A stretch of 64,000 bases of DNA, from contig NC_092008.1 in the NCBI RefSeq assembly GCF_044704955.1, forward strand, positions 11,408,001-11,472,000, written 5' to 3'. The position numbers and the translations under genes are program-made. Source of the DNA: Pristiophorus japonicus. Lineage: Eukaryota. Below are positions 1 to 10,730 of the stretch, piece by piece. Positions within the stretch are counted from its first letter, which is position 1. The number at the start of each line of letters is the position of its first letter. The notes under the pieces were generated by a model. The model had not been told where the DNA came from, made no database searches, and was given only the letters and a program-made list of their open reading frames with translations.

Positions 1-300
1 CTGGGCTAGCGGCAAAGCGAAGAAGGCATGTTGAAGGTCTATCATAGCAAAGATCTTGGCGTCTGCTGGGATTATTGACAGTATCTGTGCTGGGTTGGGA
101 ACCAGAGCGTGCAGGGGCTGGACAATAGCATTGATAGCTCGAAGGTCTTGAACTAAACGGTATTCGTTTGGTCTGCCTGGCTTAGGGACTGCCAGTATAG
201 GAGTATTACACGGGGACTGGCATTGGACCAAAATCCCCTGTTCTACTAGCCCCTTAATCAGTCGGTGGATACTCGGTATTGCCTGTGACTACAGTGGATA
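1..300 (-). pseudogene. pol: ERV-A reverse transcriptase N-terminus (disrupted)
   Basis: Translates as ...QGILVQCQSPCNTPILAVPKPGRPNEYRLVQDLRAINAIV, the typical retroviral RT start (SPxNTP, YRLVQDLR). Premature TAG at 289-291 where ERV-B has AAA. Confidence 0.88.
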
Positions 301-835
301 CTGTCGGATAGAGGGCCAGTCCACATTGCCCTGTACTGAGATCTCAATCGGATCAATGGGAGTATAATCCACATGGGAGGGGTCCTCTGCCCACACATGA
401 GGATCCACATAGTCAGGTATGTCCGAGCCAGGATGATGCTGCAGAGTCGTTAAGACCTTCTCGGGGTCCCCGTGGAATTGGACTGTTCGGCCATGTTTTA
501 CGATTTGCACATCCCGATTGGTAGGGTCAGCCTTGTCTATAGCCTGGCGCACCATAACTCCCAAATCTTTAGCGTGGTGAGGGGCTAATACTTCATGAGT
601 AATATGTGGTGCCACCGTTGGGGGCTGTCTCCACAGATTCTTATCCATTTCCACAAAATCTGCCTTCCCTTCCGGTCCAGTCACTCTAGCCCTTAATAGA
701 ATTTCCTTCACTTCCCCTTCGTGATCCTGATAAAAGTTCTGCAGGTCCTGATTCTTTCCACTGGGATCGTATGCTAGGGTCACGTGATAGGGTGCCTGCG
801 GCAGGTCCAGAGACCACCACTGAGGGGTTCTAGTG
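289..835 (-). pseudogene. ERV-A inter-PR/RT domain, probable 2H phosphoesterase (HxT...HxT)
   Basis: PYHVTLAY (His codon 784-786) and APHITHEV...AKDLGVMV (His codon 604-606), about 60 aa apart, between protease and RT. A 1-nt frameshift near 840 relative to ERV-B separates it from the protease frame. Confidence 0.7.
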
Positions 836-839
836 GTAT

Positions 840-1211
840 ATACTGCCGCTTAAGGGTTCCTTGTTTTACAATAATCCCATCATCTCCACACTCCAAATGC
901 AACTGGAATTTGCAGAGGAGGTCTCTAGCCATCAAGTTACAGTCCAGATTGGTAGTGATAACAAATCGATGTTCCACCGATTCTTCCTGGTAACCCACTT
1001 TAACCGGTTCTGACACCGGGAATGTAGAGACTCGTCCCAGGAATCCTGACAGTCCCTGTGTTTCAGTGGAGGCAGGGAGTTTAAGCTTTGATTGTACAGA
1101 AGACATGAAGGCTCCCGTATCTATCAAGAAGGGTTGCCACTCATTCAGAACTTTTAACAATATCATCGGTTTGTCGTCTGGGGAGGGTCCCTGCACAATC
1201 AAGCTACGTAG
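840..1211 (-). pseudogene. pro: ERV-A aspartic protease
   Basis: FLIDTGA active site and NLMARDLL motif (GRD-like); in frame with the gag stop at 1212-1214. Confidence 0.9.
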
Positions 1212-3123
1212 TCAATAATTGGGGGACGATTGGCCAAAGGGGTTGTTCTGGGAGAAGTTAGTGTAAGATCCTCATCCTCTCCCCCCTTGCCCCCTTCCTC
1301 TTCCTCCTCTTCCTTTTTCGTGCTGATGGTAGGGACAATTTTTATTCTAATGTCCTTCTTGCCCACAATTAAAGCATTCATCTCCTCTTACCCAACCCCG
1401 ACCTCTTCCCATACCAGGCCGGGGACAATAGGGCGGTCCGTAATTAGCAGGGCCCGGGCCGTTTGGGTGTTTAGTATAACCGTATCCTTGCTTATCCACC
1501 CAACCCTGCATACAATATTGCGGTTCCATTTGGTATCCCCTTAGGTTGGGTTTTGGTCCTTCCACCCGAGACGGCTCTTTTTTAGTCACGTATTCAGTCT
1601 TGACCCGGGTTGTGGGCGCACCTCCCCCCTCTCCTTTCTTTTCCTGCCAATAATATCTAACCGCCCTTTCCATCTGGGCTTTACTGTTATCTGCCCAATT
1701 CATATTATTTGTCCGAATAGCGTGAGCAATCGAATAGGGCAGGCACTGAAGTAGGATAGCGCAGAATTGAGGAGAATCCTCTCCTTCCCTGAAGGCATTA
1801 TCTCCTGATTGACTCCGTATATTTCAATAAATCTTTCCATGAATTCATCAGCAGTTTCTTCTCGTTTGGGTTTAGTTTCTAATACTGTGGCCATACTGAT
1901 GGGCTTCTGAAGGGTCGAGGTGAGAGCATTGAAGATAGCGTTTAGGCGATCCTGGACATCGTTAGGGTGTGCAACCACCAATGCATCATGAGTAGCACGT
2001 CCTAGATGAGTTAGAAATCGGGTATGCTCAGTTGGGCTCAGGGTTTGCTTTACCAAGGCCCACAGGTCCCTTGATTCTGCATTATAAACTGAAATAGTAG
2101 TTAGAAGATGATCTATAAATTTGATAGTTCTTTTTTTCGATCTGGTATGTTGGCCATAAGGCCCATAATTTTGTTCGGTTTCCAGGGCACATAGACATCT
2201 ATGGTGGGGTGGTTTGCAGCTTGTTGTGCATCAGGGTTTGGCATTGGTCGGACTGGGAATTGGTGTCGGGTCTTTGGGATCTTGGGAGGCATTTCTAGAT
2301 CGGAAGATGTTTCGGAGCTGTCTGACTGCTCGACACCTCCGCGTCTCGATCGGCGGGAGTGTTTGCTATGCCTTTCACAACTGGGACTGGTAGTTTGACT
2401 AGAAGATTTACGGGACTGTTTGTGATGTCGAGATATAGTTCTGCCCTTCCGAGTGTGAGATCTGGTCCTCTCAGCTATATTGCCTGTGAACTGGGGATCC
2501 GAATCGCTATCAGAGGATGAGGAGTCAGTTTGGGCTTGTTGCTTCGTTGGTGTGGGGTGACTTTTTTTTTTCACCGGAGTGTAAGGTGGAGGGGGATGAG
2601 AAAAGGACTGGGACAAGGGTCTAGGGGATGCGGGAGGCGCCGTTGGGCGCCGAGTCAGTGACCATTCATCAATTTCATCATCAGCCTCGGTCAACGCAAA
2701 GCCAGCCATTTGACTACGTAGTCGGTCAATACCTTTCTCAGAGGTCCCAGCGGATCTCTTAGTACGTTTTTCGTGCGTGCATTCTTTTTTTAAGACGTCT
2801 ACGGTTTTAACATGTCCTCCTGTCAATGAAAGTCCTAATTTAGTGATGTTTATTTGCCAACTTGACAGAAGTGATGCATCTTTTAATTTTTGACAATAGT
2901 GTCGCCATGTTGCAATTAAATTCTTGTCCCTTTTCCAAATCAATCCTTATACCTTTTTTGCTACCTCCACGCTTCTAGTGCCACCTAGGGGCCATTGATC
3001 ATCTAATAATTTGTTCAGGGCTCCTGATAATTTTCTAAATTGTTCAGCTCTTTCAGGGAATTCCTCACATAACTTTTGTAGCGGACTACCCGCATCCGTG
3101 GTTTTATCTAACTGATTACCCAT
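1212..3123 (-). pseudogene. gag: ERV-A gag (frameshifted)
   Basis: ATG at 3123 giving MGNQLDKTT (myristoylation-type MG start), PTAP and PPPY late-domain motifs, capsid-like ETADEFMERF, a single CCHC knuckle (CFNCGQEGH..C) and an RG-rich tail. Split over several ORFs. Confidence 0.9.
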
Positions 3124-3302
3124 TTTCGCATCGCCCCTTATATCTTAACTGTTTCTAATTAGTCCAGATGTTCCCACGTCGCCCCGTGGTGGTTTTGGTT
3201 AACTTATCCAGAGCCTAGACGGGCCAAGTGATATACAAGGTTGACGTCACACCTGGCATAAGTACTATTTTACACAGTCCCGCGGCTTAATATTTCTCTA
3301 AC

Positions 3303-4110
3303 CTCCGCGTCGCTGCGCGGTTTCTTTTTCTCCGCTTCGCCCTGCGGTTCGCGTCGCCGCGTGATTTAAACTAACCCTATCTAACTGACTATCTCCCGTG
3401 TCGCCCCGCGGTTCACGTCGCCGCGCGATTTAAACTAATCCTATCTAACTGACTCTATCTCTCGCGTCGCCCCACGGTTCGCGTCGCCGCGCGATTTAAA
3501 CTAACCCTATCTAAACTAACTATCTCCCGCGTTGCCCCGCGGTTCGCATCGCCGCGTGATTTAAACTAACCCTATCTAAACTAACTCTATCTCCCGCGTC
3601 GCCCCACAGTTCGCGTCACCGCGCGATTCAAACTAACCCTATCTAATTGACTCTATCTCCTGTGTCACCCCGCGGTTCGCATCGCCGCGTGATTTAAACT
3701 AACCCTATCTAAACTAACTCTATCTCCCGCGTCGCCCCACAGTTCGCGTCACCGCGCGATTCAAACTAACCCTATCTAATTGACTCTATCTCCTGTGTCA
3801 CCCCGCGGTTCGCGTCGCTACGCAATCTCGCGTCGGCCCGCGGTTCACGTCACTACACAATCTCACTTCGGCCCGCGGTTCGCGTCACTGCGCAATCTCG
3901 CGTCGGCCCACGGTTCGCGTCACCGCGCAATCTTGCGTCACCCCGCGGTTCGCGTTGCTGCGCGATCTCGCATTACCCCGCGGTTCGCGTCACTGCGCGA
4001 TCTTGCGTTACCCTGCGGTTCGCGTCGCTGCGTGATCTTGCGTTACCCCGCGGTTCGCGTCGCTGTGCGATCTTGCGTCACCCCGTGGTTCGCGTTGCCG
4101 CGCAATCTTG
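3303..4110. repeat. CpG-rich tandem repeats in the ERV-A 5' leader (~66-bp unit x7-8, then 35-bp unit x9)
   Basis: gatt(t/c)aaact recurs at 3363, 3427, 3493, 3558, 3625, 3691 and 3758; (g/a)cggttc or a 1-nt variant recurs every 35 nt from 3805 to 4085. Confidence 0.92.
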
Positions 4111-4723
4111 CGTTCCCCTATCAAGCCCGATCTAACCCTACCTTCCGCGTCACCCTGCGATTGGATCTAACCTTATCTAGCCCTATCTAGTCCTACCTTC
4201 CGCATTGCCGCGCGATCCGAATCCAATCAGTGCCTAGACGGGCCAAGTGATATACAAGGTCGACATCACACCTGACTTAGATGCTTATCCCCTATGAGCT
4301 TTACTTAATGAGCTTTACTTAATTTGTTCTCCCCTATGAGCTTTACTTAATTAGCTTTACTTAATTTGTTCTCCCTGCTGCGCTTTACTTAATTTGTTCT
4401 AGTCTCCAGATTTCCCTATCCTTTCACGTCATCATGCAGTTTAATTCCATCAGTGCCTAAACGGGCCAAGTGATGTACAAGGTCGACATCACACCTGACT
4501 TGGACACTTATTTCCTAAGTTTAGAAGGTATTCGCCAGATTGACCTGGATCTCATTCAGACACTACCTGAGAACCAGCGAGTGGCTAAACTTTCCTCAGA
4601 CTTTTGAAACCGGGGGAAACTGGAGCAGCATTGAAAGTATACTTACTCCAGTGGCCACTTTCCCCTCGTCTCGTCCAAGGCTAGACTGGCTCTTAATTCA
4701 CAAGCTTTCGGCTGTCCATTGTG

Positions 4724-4741
4724 ATCCCACTTCTGACACCA
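4724..4741 (-). promoter_or_regulatory. ERV-A primer binding site, tRNA-Leu
   Basis: TGGTGTCAGAAGTGGGAT on the minus strand, complementary to the 3' end of vertebrate tRNA-Leu (…ATCCCACTTCTGACACCA), 2 nt from the LTR end. Confidence 0.88.
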
Positions 4742-4743
4742 AA

Positions 4744-5389
4744 TGTTGATTTCTGAGTTCTTTTCCTTCAATCTGGTTCAGTGAAATCACTGAGTCGAAT
4801 ACCGATTGTGCTTTAAACAAAGCAGTCTTTATTTCTCACCGGCCGAGACTTATCAGACAGAAGGAGTACTCTCTTGATAGAGCGTACATACTTCCTACGG
4901 ACAAGTAAGTTTACATTGTGAAGGCACACAGTTATACATTTTTTTGGTACAAGATAACAAGATACAATTAGAATGACATCCTAGTTCATCCTATCCCTTT
5001 TGATCCCTCCTTTCCTTTCTCCACTCATGAGCCGACATCTATATGAGCTGTTTTTACTAAAGCTCATGCATTGTTTCTAAATGTTACAATTTTACTGGCG
5101 TGACTACTAACTTAGACCTTGCAATTCTGCTAATTGTGCTGATTTTCATATTTTAATATTTAATATTTTAATATGAAATATGAAAATATTTTCATATATC
5201 CATTTCATGTTACAATTTATACTGGCATGATTAGTAACTTAAAACCTTGAGAAAGTCTGTTAATTGTGCTGAAGTTGTATTATTTGCAATCTGACATTCT
5301 CTTAGTTATTTTTCCATGGCTTATCCATTTTCATATATCCAGTTCACTTTACTGTCTTTATTTCCATATATCCAGTTCACATATCCACA
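4744..5389 (-). repeat. ERV-A 5' LTR (~646 bp)
   Basis: TGTTGAT…ATCCACA imperfect inverted termini. The R/U5 part aligns with the ERV-B LTRs; the U3 part is different and AT-rich with internal repeats. Confidence 0.78.
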
Positions 5390-6781
5390 ACACCGCCCTG
5401 GGAGACCTGGACGTCCACGCTGCCAACGACCAGGATTTTTCCTTTGGTGTAGGTGAACAGCTTCACCTGGACAGGAGACAGTTTTGGTTGTTTGGCGGGA
5501 TTGATCCAAAGTTTTTCAAAGGTCGTCTGGCTCATCAAAGACTGGCTCGCCGCTGTGTCGATCTCCATCAAAACTGGAACTCTGTTGATGTCTACTTCCA
5601 TCTTCCACGGGGAACTTTCGGTCGAGCAGGTATAAATTCCATATTCCACTTCCAGGGGTTGAGCAGCTTCGTTTTCATCTGTGTCGGAGCCCAGGTGATC
5701 AGCCAACTCTTCAGCGACGCGGTGAGTAAAGCTTTTTCTGCACATTCTCTGAAGGTGACCTTTCGCGTTGCAGCCTTTGCAGGTATAGTCTTTGTAGCAG
5801 CACTGGTGGGCCCAGTGGGTTCTTCCACAGCGCCGGCATGGGACTAGCCAGTTGGCCCCATGTGGCAGACTCAGGTTTGCGGGACTTGGGGCAACATTTC
5901 TGCCTTTAAAAGTCGCCATTCGGTTCATTGCACTCGTTAGTTTAGAGTCCTGGGTGTGGGTCATCATTCGCTTGGAGTCAGCCTGGCTCACTTTAAGTGC
6001 CTTGTGCAGGGTGACTGTGATGTCCGCAGAAAGCAGTTTGTGGAGGGAGCCCTCGTGGCCAATTCCGGTAACAAATATGTCCCTTAGTGCTTCGTTAAGG
6101 TAGTAGCCAAAATCACACGGTGCAGCTAGTCTTCTTAACTGTGCAGCATACTTAGCAATTTCTTGGTCTTCGGGTCGGCGGTGAGTATAAAACCGGTGCC
6201 TTGCTGTGAGGATGCTTTCTTTGGGTTTTAGTTGCTCTTGTATTAAGGTTACAAGTTCCCCATAGCTCTTGGTTGTTGTCTTCGCTGGGGCTAGCAAGTC
6301 CCTGACGAGGCCATGGATAGTGGGCCCACAACTACTAAGCAGAATGGCCCTGCGCTTGTTCAGCAGTGTGGCCAGTGAGTCCCCGTCCAGGTTGTTGGCT
6401 ATGAAGAAGTAGTCTAACCTTTCCATGAAGGCGTCCCAGTCTTCCCCATCGGTGAATTGTTGAAAGTTGCTGGGATTTGAAATGTTGTGCGTGTAGTTCG
6501 TGATCTCGTCGCCAGTTATAGTATATGTATTCACTCTGTTAATGACTCCACTAGGCAGGGATATGGTACTTAAACTGTGAAGACTGTAGTCCTTTATTGC
6601 AGCTCCTAGAGTGAGGACACCAAGAGGTGAGCTCCCTTTTATACTGGGTTACCTGCAGTGTGCAGGTGACCCTTAGGTCTCCCGTTGCAGCACCCTCTGG
6701 TGTATAAGTAAGGTGTGTACAGGGTGAAGGTACATTCAGTGTTACAGTACATCATAACATTGTAGGCATGCATATGTAACA
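5390..6781 (-). mobile_element. Ty3/Gypsy LTR retrotransposon 5' part (LTR, PBS, gag-pro), interrupted by ERV-A
   Basis: ORF 5377-6534 has gag (EDWDAFMERLDYFF), two Zn knuckles (CRRCGRTHWAHQC, CKGCNAKGHLQRMC) and protease (MEIDTAA). PBS TGGCGACGAG at 6505-6514 (tRNA-Ser-like). Short LTR ~6517-6781 with TATAAAA and AATAAA on the minus strand. Confidence 0.88.
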
Positions 6782-7552
6782 GAGTGTGCCTGACAAGACA
6801 GATTGGGAGTGGATGTACTATGAGATGTATTATGGAATGTAGGTGCTCCTAGTACTTTGCCCACCTTTCCTGGCCTGGTAAGGTCATTAAAATGTGTTCT
6901 GCAATGGATCCAGCTCCTATTCCACCTCTAGCCACACCTGCTTAGTGGTGGAAGCAAGTTTCTGTGTTGCCCTGGTGGAAACAGGGTGACCCTCCGAGAC
7001 AGTCTGTACCCAGCAGTACATCCAGGGATGATGCAATGAATCTAGGCACCCTTCTGCTCCCTTTCCAGCCATCACAAATACTTTTATCCTTCAAATGGAT
7101 TGTTGAAATCTACAAACTTCCACCTCTATTTCATCTGTGAACTGGGCCTTCAAATAGACGAAGGGACATCGCATCATGCGAGTTTGGGTTATGTCCTCTC
7201 ACGCACATTGGAATCCAAACTAGGAAGGTAAATGATAATGGTACATTCCTATTGAAATTGGGCATTCCCACATGTACCAAGATGTGTCACGTTCATCACC
7301 CCATAATCGCCACATCTCCGCTTTCTTCCTGTCTCCATATTAATACTAGGGCCATGGAGTCTGACAGATGGCATCTGATGGATGGGGGTCTCGTAGATGG
7401 AGATCTGATGGATGGTAGTTTCATAGCTGGTAGTCTGATAGATGTGGGTCTGATTAATGAGGCTATAATAAATGGGGTTTGAAAGATGGGAATCTGACGG
7501 ATGGTAGTCTCATAGATGGTGGTCATTTCGATGGTAATTGACAGATGTGGGT

Positions 7553-7720
7553 GATGGCTGATGTGCAACGGTCACCACATGTTTAAAAAATCCATGCAAG
7601 GCATCTTCCACCCCTTCAATTGGAGTTCAGGACTGGAATATCGGGTCCTTCATTGAAACATCTGTGAACCCATGTGGAAGCAAGTTATCCTCGTTCGAGG
7701 GACCGCCTATGATGATGATG
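7553..7720 (+). mobile_element. Short retroposon with an RTE-type (ATG)n tail (5'-truncated RTE LINE or RTE-dependent SINE)
   Basis: Ends GAGGGACCGCCT(ATG)4, like the RTE tail at 17690-17727. Flanked by AGATGTGGGT at 7543-7552 and 7721-7730 (candidate TSD, weakened by the satellite context). Confidence 0.6.
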
Positions 7721-8400
7721 AGATGTGGGTCTGATAGATGGGGGTCTGACTGAAGGGGGTCTGACTGAAGGGGGTCTGACTGAAGGGGGTCTGACTGATG
7801 GGGGTCTGATCGATGGGGGTCTGACTGATGGGGGTCTGACTGATGGGGGTCTGATAGATGGGGGTCTGATAGATGGGGGTCTGATAGATGGGGGTCTGAT
7901 AGATGGGGGTCTGATAGATGGGGGTCTGATAGATGGGGGTCTGATAGATGGGGGTCTGATTGATGGGGGTCTGATTGATGGGGGTCTGATTGATGTGGGT
8001 CTGATAGATGTGGGTCTGATAGATGGGGGTCTGATAGATGGGGGTCTGATTGATGGGGGTCTGATAGATGGGGGTCTGATAGATGGGGGTCTGATACATG
8101 TGGGTCTGATTGATGGGGGTCTGATTGATGGGGGTCTGATTGATGGGGGTCTGATTGATGGGGGTCTGATAGATGGGGGTCTGATAGATGGGGGTCTGAT
8201 AGATGGGGGTCTGATAGATGGGGGTCTGATAGATGGGGGTCTGATAGATGGGGGTCTGATAGATGGGGGTCTGATAGATGGGGCTCTGATTGATGGGGGT
8301 CTGATTGATGGGGGTCTGATAGATGGGGGTAGGACAGATGTGGGTCTGATAGATGTGAGTCTGACAGATGTGGGTCTGATAGATGGAGATCTTACAGATC
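7721..8400 (+). repeat. Homogeneous 15-bp satellite array (GATGGGGGTCTGATA)n, ~45 units
   Basis: Direct reading; 15-nt periodicity producing spurious (LIDGG)n and (YQTPI)n ORFs. Confidence 0.97.
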
Positions 8401-8944
8401 TACATCAATTAGACCCCCATCTATCAGAACCCCATCTATCAGACCCCCATCTATGAGACCATCATCTATCAGACCCCCATCTATCAGATGTGGGTTTGTT
8501 GATAGGGATCTGACAGGTGAGGTGGATAGACGAGTATCTTTCATATGTAGGTCTGTGAGATGTGGGTTTGATAGGTAACATCTAACAGATGGGGATCTGA
8601 AAGATTTGAGTCTGATAGATGGATTTCCAATCGATGGGAGCCTGATAGAATGGGGCCTGATACATGGGGATGTGATCGATGTGAGCCTAACAATGTGGGG
8701 CTGATAGATGGGACTCTGATAGATTTGTGTCCGATTGATGTGGAGCTGATGGGAATCTGATAGATGAAATTCTGAGAGACGTGGATATGATAGTATGGGT
8801 CTAACAGATCGAGTTCTGATAGACGTGGTCCGATTGAGGCAGATATGATTGCTGGAGACTTGATAGATGTGGGTCTGAAAAATGGGGTTCTGATAGATAT
8901 GGTCTGATAGACGTGGATGGATATCTAGATTCTATCCCATCTAC

Positions 8945-10190
8945 TGCTTGCTCTTTCTTTGCTCAGCCTGTCCATGAGACACATCTACTGCTCCTTCGAC
9001 TGTATTCCCACCAAACTGCTGACCACCCAACTTCCCTTCTCGCCTTCCATGTTAGCTGATATGGTTAACGCTTCTCTCTCCTCAGGTACTGTCCCCCCTC
9101 ACCTTCAAATCCACCGTCATCACCCCTTGCCTCAAAAAAACCCACCCTTGATCCCTCATCCTTGCAATCTACCACCCCATCTCCAACCTCCCTTTCCTCT
9201 GGAAAGTCCTTGAATGTGTTGTCGCCTCCCAAATCCGTGCCCATTTTTCCCGCAATTATATTTTAGAATCCCTCCAATCCGGTTTCCGCTCCCACCACAG
9301 TACTGAAACTGCCCTCTCCAAACTCACACATGACATTCTAAGTGGCCGTTTCTCTCCTCTTCGTTCTCCGTCTGCCTGCCACCTTTGACACAGTTGACCA
9401 CTCCATCCTCCTCCAATGCATCTCCTCTGTCATCCAGCTGGATGGAACTGCCCTTGCATGGTTCCATTTTTATCGATCGAATTGCAGCCAGAGAATCTCC
9501 TGCACCGGCATTGTTACCGCTGAAGTCCCCCAAGGATCTATCCTTGGCCCCCTCCTATTTCTCATTATTTCGGCATTATGATCTGAAAACAGCATCATGT
9601 TCCACATGTACGCTGATGGGCCCCAGCTCTACCTCACCACCACCTCAATTGAGCCCCCCACTGTCTCTGATTTTCCGATATTGGACGCTTGTTCGACATC
9701 CAATATTGGATGAGCACAAGATTTTCTCCAACTAAATACTGGGGAGGCTGAAGCCATTGTCTTTAGTCCCCGCAGCAAACTCGTTTTCCTCACCAACATT
9801 TCCATCCCTGGCAGTTATCTGAAGCTGAATCAGACCGTTCACAACCGTGGGGTTGTGTTTGACCCCGACTCCTGACCCTTTACCTGCTCCATCACCAAGG
9901 CTGCCTTCTTGCACCTCCGTAGCATCACCTGTCTCGAATCCTGCCTCAGCTAATCTGCTGCGGGATCCCCCAACCATGCATTGTCATTTCCAGGCCTCTC
10001 CTGGCAAGTTTCTTATGTTCCACCCTCCTTAAATTCAGCTCTGGAACTCCCTCCCTAAATCTCTCCATCCCTCTACATCTCTTTCCTCCTTCTCCTTAAA
10101 CCCGACCTATTTGACCAAACTTTTTGTCATCTCTCCTGATATATCCTTCTGTGGCTCGGTGTCAAAAAATGTTTTATTGATATTGCTCAT
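8945..10190 (+). mobile_element. L2-clade LINE fragment (RT and 3' end), decayed
   Basis: ATFDTVDHSILL, VPQGSILGPLLF and YAD motifs; L2-type 3' region. Confidence 0.8.
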
Positions 10191-10191
10191 G

Positions 10192-10730
10192 TTAACAACA
10201 ACAACTTGCATTTATATAGCGTCTGTAACGGAGTGAAACGTTCCAAGGCGCTTCACAGGAGTGTTATGAGATTTTAAAAAATTTACACTGAGCCGCATAA
10301 GGAGAAATTAGCGCAGGTTAAAGAGGTTTATTTGAAGGAGGAAAGAGAGGTAGAGAGGCGCTGAGGTTTAGGCAGGGAGTTCCAGAACTTGGGGCCCAGG
10401 CAGCAGAAGGCACGGCCACCGATGGTGGAGCGATTATAATCAGGGATGCTCAGGAGGGCAGAATTAGAGGAGTGCAGACATCTCAGGTGGCTTTGTGGGG
10501 CTGGAGGGGGTTACAGAGATAGGGAGGGGCGAGACCATGGATGGATCTGAAAACAAGGATGAGAATTTTGAAATTTGAGGCGAGCACAGGGGGTGATGTG
10601 TGAGTGGGACTCGGTGCGAGCTAGGACACGGGCAGCCGAGTTTTGGATCACCTCTAGTTTATGCAGGGTAGAATATGTGGGGGGCCAGCCAGGAGTACAT
10701 TGAGGAGTAGTCAGGTCTAGAGGTGACAAA
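10192..10730 (-). mobile_element. L2-clade LINE 3' fragment
   Basis: KLEVIQNSAARVL motif and (gtt)n tail at ~10195; same family as 34170-35430. Confidence 0.8.

Larger units (their letters stand above)
1..5389 (-). mobile_element. Endogenous retrovirus ERV-A (class I, gamma/epsilon-like), 5' half; continues beyond the window start
   Basis: Minus-strand order LTR (4744-5389), PBS, repeat-rich leader, gag, protease, extra domain, RT start. Colinear and highly similar to ERV-B. Several frameshifts and stops. Confidence 0.93.

Noticed and set aside
4724-4741. tRNA-Leu gene
   Set aside because: Only the 18-nt 3' end including CCA is present, next to an LTR; it is a primer binding site.
7707-8456. 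Long ORFs of (LIDGG)n and (YQTPI)n as pentapeptide-repeat proteins; likewise 32499-33680 and 52030-53405
   Set aside because: Automatic consequence of a stop-poor 15-nt unit. Open on both strands, with no promoter or splice context, and the surrounding degenerate copies are full of stops.
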